A model generated the notes under the pieces. That model saw only the letters and a program-made list of their open reading frames with translations. It did not search any database and was not told the DNA's origin. From contig DATJXC010000015.1 in the NCBI GenBank assembly GCA_035500495.1, forward strand, positions 13,439 to 77,438: 64,000 nt of DNA. Reading direction: 5' to 3'. Positions within the stretch are counted from its first letter, which is position 1. Each line of letters starts with the position of its first letter. The DNA comes from Gemmatimonadales bacterium (GTDB lineage: Bacteria; Gemmatimonadota; Gemmatimonadetes; Gemmatimonadales; GWC2-71-9). Position numbers and translations under genes: made by a program. Shown here piece after piece: positions 8,694-18,131 of this stretch.

Positions 8694-9151
8694 TCCCCAC
8701 CTGGACCGCCGTCGTCGGCGCGCTCTCCCTCGTCATTGTCGCCCTGTGCGGAATCGCCGTAGCGGTCGCGACCGCGGGCGCGGTCGTGGGGTTCCGGGCC
8801 TTCCTGCGAGCGTTCGAGCACGTCGTGGGTCCGGCGGTCGACGACGTCCGTCAGCTGGTCGGCAACATCCGGCGCGAAGCCGATTCGCTGGTCGGCACCT
8901 CGCGCGACATCCGCCTGCGGATCGTCCGGGCCGCGGACGCGGCGGAGCAGCGTCTGCAGGATCTCGATGCCCTGGTGGATGTGGTGCAGGAAGAGGTCGA
9001 GGACGCCGCGCTCGACGTGGCCGCGACCGTGCGCAACGTGCGCCGTGGGTTCTCCATCTGGCGCGTCGGCAGCCGCGTGCTGCGACGCCGCCGCGGAGCC
9101 ACGGGAGAGCGGGCAGCGGTGCGGAGGGGCGAGGAGGGAGAGGCCGACTGA
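8690..9151 (+). CDS. hypothetical membrane-anchored coiled-coil protein (DUF948/YtxH-like organisation)
   Basis: ATG 8690 overlaps the upstream stop (ATGA). The product is 153 aa, with an N-terminal TM helix (WTAVVGALSLVIVALCGIAVAVA) followed by a charged helical region. It corresponds to the last third of the 7670..9151 ORF-track entry. Confidence 0.55.
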   Translation: MIPTWTAVVGALSLVIVALCGIAVAVATAGAVVGFRAFLRAFEHVVGPAVDDVRQLVGNIRREADSLVGTSRDIRLRIVRAADAAEQRLQDLDALVDVVQEEVEDAALDVAATVRNVRRGFSIWRVGSRVLRRRRGATGERAAVRRGEEGEAD

Positions 9152-9159
9152 AGGGGCTC

Positions 9160-10083
9160 GTGCTGGTTGCCGTGGGCACGTTGCTGCTGCTCGTGCTGCT
9201 CCCTGCCCCGGCCTTCGCCTGGACGCCGGCGACGCACATCTACTTGGGCGAGTCCGTGCTCGCCAATCTCCCCGCTCTCCCGGCCAGCGTCGCGGACCTG
9301 TTGCGGGCGTTCCCCTACGACTTCCTGTACGGCAACATCGCGGCCGACACCTCGATCGCCAAGAAGTACGCCCCGGTGGGGCGACACTGCCACGCCTGGC
9401 ATGTGGGGCGCGAGATCTTCGACCTCGCCCACACCGATGCGCTGCGCGCGTTCGGGTTGGGATACCTCTCGCACCTCGCGGCCGACACGATCGCGCACAA
9501 CTTCTACGTGCCCCGCCAGCTCGTGCTGACCAGCAGCACCGCCTCCCTCGGCCACAGTTACTGGGAGAGCCGCTTCGAGACGCATCTCGGCGAGACCTAC
9601 TCGCGGACCGCCAAGGACGTCATCCTCCGCGATCACGCGGACAGCGACACGCACCTGGACGGGATCCTGTCGCCGACCCTGTTCAGCGTCCGCACCAGCC
9701 GTCGCCTGTTTCGCGGGATGGTGCATCTGACCGAAACCCAAAGCTGGCAATGGGCGTTTCAGGTGCTCTCCGAGCGGAGCCGTTGGGATTTGCCGACCGA
9801 CGACGTGGAGCGCCACATGGCCGTGGCGTTCGATTACGTCATGGAGGCGCTCGCGGAGAAACAGGCGTCGGCGCACCGTCTCGATCCGGCCGGCGAGCAA
9901 GCGCTCGGTCTCGCCAAGCAGATGCGGCGCCGCACGCTTCAGGAAGGCGCGCGCCGCGAACCCGAGCGGATCCGGGAGGCCGCCGAGGAGCATTTCGGCC
10001 TCCCCGAATCGACCCTCGGCTTCTGGGCGGCGTCGCAGTCGCACCGGCCCTGGCGCGATCCCAACGGAACGCCCACCGAGTGA
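9160..10083 (+). CDS. secreted zinc-dependent phospholipase C family protein
   Basis: The signal peptide ends in …PAFA|W, so the mature N-terminus would be WTPATH. Trp1 and His are zinc ligands in the Zn-PLC fold. The motif …LGYLSHLAADTIAHN… is also present. The start is GTG 9160, or possibly CTG 9148. Confidence 0.65.
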   Translation: MLVAVGTLLLLVLLPAPAFAWTPATHIYLGESVLANLPALPASVADLLRAFPYDFLYGNIAADTSIAKKYAPVGRHCHAWHVGREIFDLAHTDALRAFGLGYLSHLAADTIAHNFYVPRQLVLTSSTASLGHSYWESRFETHLGETYSRTAKDVILRDHADSDTHLDGILSPTLFSVRTSRRLFRGMVHLTETQSWQWAFQVLSERSRWDLPTDDVERHMAVAFDYVMEALAEKQASAHRLDPAGEQALGLAKQMRRRTLQEGARREPERIREAAEEHFGLPESTLGFWAASQSHRPWRDPNGTPTE

Positions 10084-10298
10084 CCAACTGCCCGAGGTGC
10101 GGGATGACCGTGGAACCCGGCTGGAGGTATTGCCCCAAGGACGGCACGGACCTCGAGTCGCCCCTCAAGGGCACGGTGCCGTTGATCCAGAACAAGGTCT
10201 GTCCCAAGTGCGGCCGGAAGTATGACTCGCGGGCCAAGTTCTGCGAGAAGGATGGGTCGACACTGGAAGGCGCGACCGGCCCCCGGCATCTGACCTGA
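10080..10298 (+). CDS. double zinc-ribbon protein
   Basis: 72 aa with CPRCG…YCPKDG and CPKCG…FCEKDG cysteine pairs. GTG 10080 overlaps the upstream stop (GTGA). Confidence 0.6.
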   Translation: MTNCPRCGMTVEPGWRYCPKDGTDLESPLKGTVPLIQNKVCPKCGRKYDSRAKFCEKDGSTLEGATGPRHLT

Positions 10299-10300
10299 AT

Positions 10301-11740
10301 TCAGCGGGAGAGCTTCTCCTGCAGGACGGCGGGGATGAGCTTGGGATCCGCCTTGCCCCGCGATGCTTTCATTACCTGCCCCACGAAGAAGGCCAGTAAT
10401 TTCGTTTCGCCGGCCCGGTAGCGCGACACCTCGGCCGGGCTTGCCGCCAGGGCTTGGTCCACCCAGGCCGACAGGGCGCCGGCATCGGCGACCTGAATCA
10501 GCCCCAGCGCTTCCGCGATGACCCGCGGATCTCCCCCCTTCGCCGCGATCTCGCCGAACACTTTCTTGGCCGCCTGGTGGGACAGCGTCCCGCCTTTCAC
10601 GAGCGCGATCAATTCGGCGAGCGTTGCGGCCGGGACGCGCAGCGTGTCGTGGTGGTCCTTGGCGTCCGCCAGCGCTTCCCCCATGACCCAGTTGGCCGCC
10701 GGCTTGGGGTCCGCCCCCGCGTGCACCACCCCCTCGTAGTAGTCGGCCACCGCCCGCGTGTGGGTCAAGACCGCCGCGTCCTGACGCGGCAGCCCATACT
10801 GGGCCACGAACCGCTCGCGCTTCGCGGCCGGTAGCTCCGGGAGCGTGGCCCGCTGCTCGTCGATCCACTCCGCCGGGAGCACCAGTGGGGGCAGATCGGG
10901 GTCCGGGAAGTAGCGGTAGTCGTGGCTGTGCTCCTTGGTGCGTTGATGCCGCACGGCATTGGCCTTGGAGTCGTAAAGCATGGTGGCCTGGACGATGGGG
11001 CGGCCGCCTTCGAGCTCGGCGATTTGGCGGTCGCGCTCCAGGCCCAGCGCCTTTTCGACGAAGGCGAAGGAGTTGATGTTCTTCACTTCGGTTTTCGTCC
11101 CGAGGGGATCGCCGGCCGTCCGTCGCACCGACACGTTGGCGTCGACGCGCAGGCTCCCCTTCTCGAGGTCGCAATCGGAAATCCTGGCATACTCGAGGAG
11201 GTGCTTCAGCTCGAGCAGATAGGCCCGCGCCTCCCCGGGGGAGCGGAAATCCGGTCCCGTGACGATCTCGACGAGGGGCACACCCGAGCGGTTCAGGTCC
11301 ACCGCCGTCGTGCGAGGGTAGCGATCGTGCAACGACTTGCCGGCGTCCTCCTCCACGTGCAGCCGGACGATCGATGCCATCACGAACCCCCGCTCGGGAG
11401 AGAAGAATCCGAGCGTCCCCCCGGTGGCCAGCGGCTCCTCGAACTGCGAGATCTGGTAGCCCTTGGGGAGGTCGGGATAGAAGTAGTTCTTCCGGGCGAA
11501 CACGCTGCGGGCGTGCACCGTGCACTGCAACGCCAGGGCGCCGCGGAGGGCGAGCTTCAGAGCCTGCTCGTTGGGGACCGGGAGCGCGCCGGGGAGTCCC
11601 AGGCAGACGGGGCAGACGTTGGTGTTTGGCGGGTCGCCGAAGGCCGCCGAGCAGCCGCAGAACATCTTGGTCCGAGTGGACAGCTGCACGTGGGTCTCGA
11701 GTCCGATGACGGTCTCCCACCCGCTGGGCGAGGCGGTCAC
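10301..11740 (-). CDS. gatB: Asp-tRNA(Asn)/Glu-tRNA(Gln) amidotransferase subunit B
   Basis: The N-terminus …WETVIGLETHVQL.T.TKMFCGC… is the GatB signature. The start is trimmed to GTG 11740, which overlaps the gatA stop (GTGA). Confidence 0.95.
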   Translation of the reverse strand: MTASPSGWETVIGLETHVQLSTRTKMFCGCSAAFGDPPNTNVCPVCLGLPGALPVPNEQALKLALRGALALQCTVHARSVFARKNYFYPDLPKGYQISQFEEPLATGGTLGFFSPERGFVMASIVRLHVEEDAGKSLHDRYPRTTAVDLNRSGVPLVEIVTGPDFRSPGEARAYLLELKHLLEYARISDCDLEKGSLRVDANVSVRRTAGDPLGTKTEVKNINSFAFVEKALGLERDRQIAELEGGRPIVQATMLYDSKANAVRHQRTKEHSHDYRYFPDPDLPPLVLPAEWIDEQRATLPELPAAKRERFVAQYGLPRQDAAVLTHTRAVADYYEGVVHAGADPKPAANWVMGEALADAKDHHDTLRVPAATLAELIALVKGGTLSHQAAKKVFGEIAAKGGDPRVIAEALGLIQVADAGALSAWVDQALAASPAEVSRYRAGETKLLAFFVGQVMKASRGKADPKLIPAVLQEKLSR

Positions 11741-13119
11741 GCCTCCTCCGTCGCGGGGACCGCCCGCTCGAGGGCATAGGCCGCTTCGAGCATCTCGTCC
11801 TCGAGAAAGTGGGGCCCCATGAGCTGCCCGCCGATCGGCAGTCCCTTCACCCGACCGATGGGAAGGGAAAGCGCCGGCAGCCCGGCGAGATTCGCCGTGC
11901 ACACGAAGATGTCCGAGAGGTACATCTGCACCGGATCGGCGAGCTTGGCGCCCGCCTTGAAGGCGGGCGTCGGCGTCGTCGGGGTGAACAAGAGGTCGAC
12001 GCCGCGATCGAACACATTCCGGAAATCCTGCGCGATCAACGCGCGCACCTGCTGGGCCTTGCGGTAATAGGCGTCGTAGTAACCGGACGAGAGCACATAC
12101 GTCCCGATGAGAATCCGCCGCCGCACCTCCGCCCCGAAGCCCGCGCCCCGCGTCTCCCGGTACAACGCCCGGACGTCGGGCAGCGGCCCTTCGGCGCGCA
12201 CCCCGTACCGCACCCCGTCGAAGCGGGCCAGGTTGGACGACGCCTCCGCGGGGGCGATGATGTAGTAGGTCGGTACCGCATACGGAGTGTGCGGGAGCGA
12301 CACCTCACGCACCGCGGCCCCGAGCTCCCGGAGAATCCGGATCGCGCGGTCGCACGCGCGCCGCACCCCGGGGTCCAGATCGGGCGGGAAGTACTCTTTG
12401 GGCACACCGATCACAAACCCGTCGAGGTTTTCCGGAACGGTGGGCAGGCGCAGGGGGTCGCGGTCCTCGCAGGTGTTGTCGCGGGGATCCCGACCCGAAA
12501 TCACCGACAGGACTCGCGCGGCGTCATGGACACTGCGTCCGAACACCCCGATCTGGTCGAGCGAGGATCCGAACGCCACCAGCCCGTACCGCGACACACG
12601 CCCATACGTAGGCTTGATCCCCACGACGCCGCAGAACGAGGCCGGCTGGCGTACCGATCCGCCCGTCTCGGATCCGAGTGCCGCGGGCACTGCTCCGGCC
12701 GCCACGAGAGCCGCGGACCCGCCCGAGGAGCCTCCAGGCACGCGGGTCTTGTCGATCGGGTGGATGGTGCGGCCGAACGCCGAGTGCTCGGTGGAGGAGC
12801 CCATCGCGAATTCGTCGCAGTTGGTGGCGCCGGCGATCAAAGCGCCGGCCTCCTTGAGGCGGGCGACGGCGGTCGCATCGTAGGGAGACCGGTAGTCTTC
12901 GAGGATGCGCGATCCGCACGAGGTCTGAAACTCGAGGGTACAGATGTTGGCCTTCACGGCTACCGGCATCCCGTACAGGACACCGGTCGGGCGGGCGGCG
13001 TCGGCCTGGGCCACGAGCGCCTTGCGCAGCTCGGTCTGCTTGGTCAGGACCGCATTCAGCCGCCGCAGTTTGGAGATTCGGTCGGCGGCCGATCGCGCGC
13101 CCGCGACGGCGTCGCTCAC
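11737..13119 (-). CDS. gatA: Asp-tRNA(Asn)/Glu-tRNA(Gln) amidotransferase subunit A
   Basis: 460 aa. The amidase signature …GGSSGGSAA… and the stretch …KANI.T…TSCGSRIL..Y.SPYDAT… are present. It lies in the gatCAB order. Confidence 0.95.
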   Translation of the reverse strand: MSDAVAGARSAADRISKLRRLNAVLTKQTELRKALVAQADAARPTGVLYGMPVAVKANICTLEFQTSCGSRILEDYRSPYDATAVARLKEAGALIAGATNCDEFAMGSSTEHSAFGRTIHPIDKTRVPGGSSGGSAALVAAGAVPAALGSETGGSVRQPASFCGVVGIKPTYGRVSRYGLVAFGSSLDQIGVFGRSVHDAARVLSVISGRDPRDNTCEDRDPLRLPTVPENLDGFVIGVPKEYFPPDLDPGVRRACDRAIRILRELGAAVREVSLPHTPYAVPTYYIIAPAEASSNLARFDGVRYGVRAEGPLPDVRALYRETRGAGFGAEVRRRILIGTYVLSSGYYDAYYRKAQQVRALIAQDFRNVFDRGVDLLFTPTTPTPAFKAGAKLADPVQMYLSDIFVCTANLAGLPALSLPIGRVKGLPIGGQLMGPHFLEDEMLEAAYALERAVPATEEA

Positions 13120-13436
13120 GCCTCCTCTCCCGCTTCACCCTCGTCGCCGAAGGCCCCGAGCCGCGGCACCAGGAAGAAGCCGCCCTTGAAGGCGGGAGCC
13201 ATCTTGTCGGGCCCGAACGCGAGCGGCCAGGGGTTCACCTCGTCGGGCCGGAACCGGATCGTGTCGGGGCCGGGGATGAACGGCTTCACGTGCTCGGCGG
13301 GACCGACGGCACGGAGCTGGGCGACGTAGTCGAGAATGCGCGACATCTGAGCGACCAGCTCCGGTAGTGATTCCTCGTCCACGTGCAGCTCGGCGAGCTG
13401 CGCGATGCGCAGGACCTCTTCACTCGACACGCTCAC
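13116..13436 (-). CDS. gatC: Asp-tRNA(Asn)/Glu-tRNA(Gln) amidotransferase subunit C
   Basis: ~106 aa (…EEVLRIAQLAELHVDEESLPELVAQMSRILDYV.QL…) directly upstream of gatA. It has GTGA overlaps on both sides. Confidence 0.85.
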   Translation of the reverse strand: MSVSSEEVLRIAQLAELHVDEESLPELVAQMSRILDYVAQLRAVGPAEHVKPFIPGPDTIRFRPDEVNPWPLAFGPDKMAPAFKGGFFLVPRLGAFGDEGEAGEEA

Positions 13437-15658
13437 GCGCTCTCTCCCTCCCACTCCCGCTCGAGGCCAGCGTAGGCGACGAGCAGTTGCTTGGTGCCGA
13501 TTTCGGTATCCTCGAACTCGACGGTCACCTTGAGGCCGCGGCCGAATCCGGATACCTCCCGCACGACCCCGCTCCCGAACTTGCGGTGACGCACCCGTTC
13601 TCCGGTGACGTAGCGCGGAACATCCTGCGATTCCTCATCGGGCTCCGGGGCGAACACCGGCTCCTCGACGCGGCTCCTCCCCCGCCAGCTGGCTCCGCGT
13701 CCCGCCGCCCAGGGCGTGGTGCTGCGCTCCTCGACCACCGAGGCCGGCACCGCATCGAGGAATCGCGATGCCTCGGCCAACTCCAGCCGCCCGTTGCGAT
13801 AGCGGGTCCGAGCCCAGGAGAGATACAGCCTCTCGCGCGCGCGCGTGAGACCTACGTAGCACAAGCGGCGCTCCTCCTCCAACCCGCCAGGCTCCCCGGC
13901 CGTCCGCCCGAGCGGGAAGAGCCCGTCCTCCAGCCCCGCCAGGGTCACCACCGGCCATTCGAGACCTTTCGCCATGTGCACGGTCAGGAGCGTGACGCCG
14001 GCCGCCCCGGGGCCCCCATCCTCATCCGTCGGAGTCGCCAGCGCCGCCTGGGTGAGGTATTGCTCGATGCGCGACACACCCGGCTCCTCGGGCGACGCCT
14101 CGGCGACTTCGGCCCACTCCGCCGCTCCCGCCAGGAGCTCCCGCACGTTCTCGATCCGCTCGACCCCCTCCACCCCCTCCTCGGCGAGATACTCCTCGTA
14201 GCCGGTCACCGCGATGATGGTCTCGAGCGCCATCGCCGGGTCGGCGGCCGCGCTGGACTCGCGCAGCCGGTCGATCAGCGACGCGAACCCGGTGAAGGCG
14301 GCGCGGAGGTTGGGGCGGAGGCCCTCCACCCGGTCGGCCTGCCGCGCCACTTCGAGGAGGGGACGCCCCCAGCGCGTGGCGGTGGCCGCGATGATCGCGA
14401 GCGACGCATCGCCGATCCCCCGGCGGGGGGTGTTCACCACTCGCGCGAACGCCTGGTCGTCGGCGGGATTGGCGAGCAGGCGGAGGTAGGCGAGCATGTC
14501 TTTCACCTCGCGACGCTCGTAGAAGCTCACCGCCCCGACCAGGCGGTACGGGATTCCACGGAACCGGAACGCCTCTTCCATGGCGCGGGACTGGGAATTG
14601 GTCCGGTACATCACCGCCATCGATTCGTACGGCTGATCGCTCTCCGCGGCCAGGCGCGCGTACTCCCGGGCGATCCATTCCGCCTCGTCGCGCTCGTCCG
14701 CGGCGGTGAGCAGCACGATCGGATCGCCCCCCTGCCGCGTCGTGAACAACGTCTTGCCGAGCCGATCGCGATTCTCGGCGATCACGCCGTTCGCGGCGTC
14801 GAGAATCACCTGGGTGGAGCGGTAGTTCTGCTCCAGCCGCACCAGCGTCGCGCCCGGCAGGTCGCGCTCGAAGGCGAGCATGTGCCGCACGTCGGCACCC
14901 CGCCACCCGTAGATCGCCTGATCGTCGTCCCCCACCGCGCAGAGATTGCGGTGCCGCTCGGCCAGGGCCCGCACGAGGAGGCTTTGGGCGGTGTTGGTGT
15001 CCTGGAACTCGTCCACCAGGACATGATCGAAACGCCGCTGCCAGTAGTCGAGCCGCTCCGGATGCTCGCGGAACAGCCGCAGCGGAAACAGCAGCAGGTC
15101 GTCGAAATCCATCGCGTTGGCGCGCTGCAACGCCGGCCCGAGGTCGCGATACAGCTCCGCCGCCATCCGGGCCAGCGGGCTCTCGGCCTGGGCCAGCAGC
15201 TCCTCGGGTGCCTGCATCCGGTTCTTGGCGCCGGAAATGATCGCGTGCATCGCCCGCGGGGGGTACGCCTTGGCCCCGACCCCGCGTTGCTCGAGCAGCC
15301 GTTTGAGCAGCGCCTCCGAGTCATCCGAGTCGTAGATGGTGAAGTTCGGACCGAATCCGAGCAGGGCGGCCTCGCGGCGTAACAAGCGGGCGGACAGCGA
15401 GTGGAAGGTCCCGATCCACAGCCCTCGCGGGTCGGCGCCGAGCAGTGCCGCGACCCGCTCCCGCATTTCGCCGGCCGCCTTGTTCGTGAAGGTCACGGCG
15501 AAAATGCGATCGGGCCGGATACCGCGCTGCTCGATCAGGTGGGCGATGCGGGCCGTCAGGACCCGGGTCTTCCCCGACCCCGCGCCGGCGAGCACCAACA
15601 ACGGTCCCGTTCCATGCTCGACCGCCGCCCGCTGTGCGTCGTTGAGCGGCAGATTCAC
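13433..15658 (-). CDS. uvrD: ATP-dependent DNA helicase, UvrD/PcrA/Rep family
   Basis: Motifs LNDAQRAAV, AGAGSGKTRVLT, DEFQDTN, VGDDDQAIYGWRGA and …LTVHMAKGLEWP… are present. The start is trimmed to GTG 15658, which overlaps the kinase stop (GTGA). The upstream 112 codons of the ORF track are Arg-rich. Confidence 0.93.
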   Translation of the reverse strand: MNLPLNDAQRAAVEHGTGPLLVLAGAGSGKTRVLTARIAHLIEQRGIRPDRIFAVTFTNKAAGEMRERVAALLGADPRGLWIGTFHSLSARLLRREAALLGFGPNFTIYDSDDSEALLKRLLEQRGVGAKAYPPRAMHAIISGAKNRMQAPEELLAQAESPLARMAAELYRDLGPALQRANAMDFDDLLLFPLRLFREHPERLDYWQRRFDHVLVDEFQDTNTAQSLLVRALAERHRNLCAVGDDDQAIYGWRGADVRHMLAFERDLPGATLVRLEQNYRSTQVILDAANGVIAENRDRLGKTLFTTRQGGDPIVLLTAADERDEAEWIAREYARLAAESDQPYESMAVMYRTNSQSRAMEEAFRFRGIPYRLVGAVSFYERREVKDMLAYLRLLANPADDQAFARVVNTPRRGIGDASLAIIAATATRWGRPLLEVARQADRVEGLRPNLRAAFTGFASLIDRLRESSAAADPAMALETIIAVTGYEEYLAEEGVEGVERIENVRELLAGAAEWAEVAEASPEEPGVSRIEQYLTQAALATPTDEDGGPGAAGVTLLTVHMAKGLEWPVVTLAGLEDGLFPLGRTAGEPGGLEEERRLCYVGLTRARERLYLSWARTRYRNGRLELAEASRFLDAVPASVVEERSTTPWAAGRGASWRGRSRVEEPVFAPEPDEESQDVPRYVTGERVRHRKFGSGVVREVSGFGRGLKVTVEFEDTEIGTKQLLVAYAGLEREWEGESA

Positions 15659-16848
15659 GCGCGCTTGCCTGCGCCGTCCGCCGCACCGGGGGCCGGCAAC
15701 GGGAACTCGAGGACGAACTCGGCACCCGGACCCGCCCCGCGGTGGTAGATGCGACCGTCGTGCTGATCCTTGACGATGCGTCGGGCGAGCGCCAGGCCGA
15801 TGCCCCAGCCGCCGGTCTTGCTCGTGACGCCCGGCTCGAACAGACGGGAGCGCACCTCCGCCGGAACCCCGGGGCCGTCGTCCCGCACGACGACGCGGGC
15901 GATCCGGCCGGCTTCCTCGACGACCACCACCACCCGGCCACCGCGGCCCGACAGAGCGTCGATCGCGTTCTTGACCAACGCCTCGATCGCCCACTCGACC
16001 AGGACCGGATCACCGTGGATCGTCGGTCCCACGCCCGCCGCCATCAGGCTCAAGTGCACCGGCGTCGCCCGAGTGGGTAAGCGGGGCTCGAAGTACCGGA
16101 CCACGCGCTCGGCGATCGCGCCGAGGTGGACGGGTTCGCGCCGCGCCGGGCGGCCGATCCGTTCGAAGCGCCGGGCCACGCGCTCCAGGCGCTCGACATC
16201 CGCTTCGAGATGCGCGGCGACATCCGTCCCACCGCCACCGGTCTGCTCGCGCAGCTGCGCCACCCATCCGGTGAGACTCATGAGCGGCGTGCCGAGCTGG
16301 TGCGCCGATTCCCGCGCCATCGCCACCCAGAGCCGGTCCCGCGTGGCGGCGAGCCGCGTGCGATAAGCCAGCGCTGCGAGGCCCACGAGAAACGCCAGCA
16401 CGATCGCCTGGAATACGGCGAGCAGCGTCAGGCGGCGCGCGATCGGGAGCGCCCCGTAGTGGACGGTGCCGTTCCCCGGCTGGACAATGGGCGGGTTCGC
16501 GCGATCGAGCGTCGCCGCCCACGCCCGCAGGCGCTGGGGGTCGCGCGCGACCTCGTCGGGCGCATTCTCGCTCGCGACGACGCTCCCGGTCGTGTCGGTG
16601 ATGGCGATTGGAATCCCGAAGGCGTGGACCTGGGCGGCCAAGTCGAGGAGCGCCCCGGTTGCCGCGTCGGTGCGGGGATCGGACAGGCCGGCGATCACCC
16701 GGCCGAACAACTGGCTGGTCTCGCGGGCGTCTTCCCGCAGGTGGCGGGAGACCACCCAGGCGGTGCCGACGGACAATCCTCCGAAGCAGAACGCCAGCGC
16801 CACCAGGGCCGTCGGGCCCGCGCGGCGCAGCCGTCGACTAAGGTGCAC
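15655..16848 (-). CDS. sensor histidine kinase (two TM helices, extracytoplasmic loop)
   Basis: The H-box is ESAHQLGTPLMSL. The ATPase boxes are …LVKNAIDAL…, …DDGPGVP… and …GGWGIGLALARRIV…. Two hydrophobic helices flank a ~110-aa loop. Confidence 0.88.
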   Translation of the reverse strand: MHLSRRLRRAGPTALVALAFCFGGLSVGTAWVVSRHLREDARETSQLFGRVIAGLSDPRTDAATGALLDLAAQVHAFGIPIAITDTTGSVVASENAPDEVARDPQRLRAWAATLDRANPPIVQPGNGTVHYGALPIARRLTLLAVFQAIVLAFLVGLAALAYRTRLAATRDRLWVAMARESAHQLGTPLMSLTGWVAQLREQTGGGGTDVAAHLEADVERLERVARRFERIGRPARREPVHLGAIAERVVRYFEPRLPTRATPVHLSLMAAGVGPTIHGDPVLVEWAIEALVKNAIDALSGRGGRVVVVVEEAGRIARVVVRDDGPGVPAEVRSRLFEPGVTSKTGGWGIGLALARRIVKDQHDGRIYHRGAGPGAEFVLEFPLPAPGAADGAGKRA

Positions 16849-18127
16849 CGGAAGGGGCGAGCCGGTCCGTGCCGACGTAGGGGACGAGCGCGGGCGGAAG
16901 CGTCACCGATCCGTCAGCCTGTTGCCGGCTTTCCAGCAGCGCCGCTATGGTGCGCGGGAGTGCGACCCCCGAGGCATTCAAGGTGTGGACGAATTCCGGC
17001 TTTTCCCCCGGCCGCGGTCGGAACCGGATGCCGGCCCGGCGTGCCTGGAAATCGGTGAAGTTGCTCGACGAAGACACCTCGAGCCATGCGCCGACCCCCG
17101 GCGCCCACGCTTCGAGGTCGTAGGTCTTGGCCGAGGCAAACCCCAGGTCTCCCGCGGCGAGGGCGACGACCCGGTACGGGATCTCGAGTCGCTGTAACAC
17201 CGCCTCGGCGTGCTGCGTCAACAACTCGTGCTCCGCGGTGGACTGGTCGGGACGGGCGAACCGGACCAGCTCCACCTTGTCGAACTGGTGCACGCGCAGC
17301 AAGCCTCTGGTGTCCTTCCCGGCCGCACCCGCTTCGCGGCGGAAGCACGGCGTGTAGGCCGTCAGCCCGAGTGGGAGGCGGCCGGAATCGAGGATTTCGT
17401 CGCGGTACAGATTGGTCAGCGGGACTTCGGCCGTGGGAACGAGGAACATTTCGTCGGTCGTCTTGTAGGCGTCGTCCTCGAACTTGGGCAGCTGGCCGGT
17501 CCCCTGCATGATGTCGCGACGGACCAGGAGCGGCGGCTCCACCTCGATGTAGCCCTGTTCGCGCGTGTGCAGGTCGAGCATGAAGCTGATCAGCCCGCGA
17601 GCCAGACGCGCCCCCGCCCCGACCAACACCGGGAAACCCGAGCCCGACAATTTGGCGCCTCGGCGCAGGTCGAGGATCCCGAGCCGCTCGCCCAGCTCCC
17701 AATGCGGCTTGAGCTCGGGGCCGGCCGGCCTCACCTCACCCCACGAGCGCACGACAGTGTTGCCGGTTGCATCGCCCTCCGGAACATCGGGCAGAGGCAG
17801 GTTCGGCACGTACAGCACTTTGCCCTCCTGCTCGGCCTCGAGGACCCGCAGCTCTTCTTCCGCGGCGGCGATCTTCGCTCCGTGGGCGCGGCGCAGAGCG
17901 ATCGTCTCCGCGGGTAATGCGCCGTGCAGCTTGACATGCTGCGCATCGGCCCGGGCCGACTCGTTCTTGTCCGCCTTGAGCTGATCGAGCTGCCCTGTCA
18001 GGGCCCGCCGGCGGCCATCGAGGGAGGCCAGCTCGTCGAGCAGGCCCAGCACCCCGGCGTCACGCCGCCGCGCCAGGGCCGCCCGCACCTGCTCGGGCGC
18101 TTGTCGCAGGAGCTTGACGTCGATCAT
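16838..18127 (-). CDS. serS: serine--tRNA ligase
   Basis: It starts MIDVKLLRQ…, followed by the coiled-coil arm. The class II motifs …FRRE.G..G.DT.GL.RVHQF.KVE… are present. The start is trimmed to ATG 18127. Confidence 0.95.
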   Translation of the reverse strand: MIDVKLLRQAPEQVRAALARRRDAGVLGLLDELASLDGRRRALTGQLDQLKADKNESARADAQHVKLHGALPAETIALRRAHGAKIAAAEEELRVLEAEQEGKVLYVPNLPLPDVPEGDATGNTVVRSWGEVRPAGPELKPHWELGERLGILDLRRGAKLSGSGFPVLVGAGARLARGLISFMLDLHTREQGYIEVEPPLLVRRDIMQGTGQLPKFEDDAYKTTDEMFLVPTAEVPLTNLYRDEILDSGRLPLGLTAYTPCFRREAGAAGKDTRGLLRVHQFDKVELVRFARPDQSTAEHELLTQHAEAVLQRLEIPYRVVALAAGDLGFASAKTYDLEAWAPGVGAWLEVSSSSNFTDFQARRAGIRFRPRPGEKPEFVHTLNASGVALPRTIAALLESRQQADGSVTLPPALVPYVGTDRLAPSGAP

Positions 18128-18131
18128 CGGA

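Noticed and set aside
10295-10304. The perfect 10-bp palindrome CTGAATTCAG, which contains the stop codons of both convergent genes (the zinc-ribbon gene and gatB).
   Set aside because: It is too short to form a terminator and has no flanking T-tract. It most likely arises by chance from two facing TGA stops.
15659-15994. Long N-terminal extensions in the ORF track, such as uvrD 15659..15994. Others are mutL 36201..36536, scpA 49044..49535, the aldolase 51694..52293, gatB 11741..11902, serS 18128..18349 and nusA 5001..5159.
   Set aside because: The extensions overlap the 3' ends of the upstream genes and are Arg/Gly-rich. In each case the recognisable family N-terminus begins exactly at an ATG or GTG that forms a 4-nt overlap with the upstream stop.
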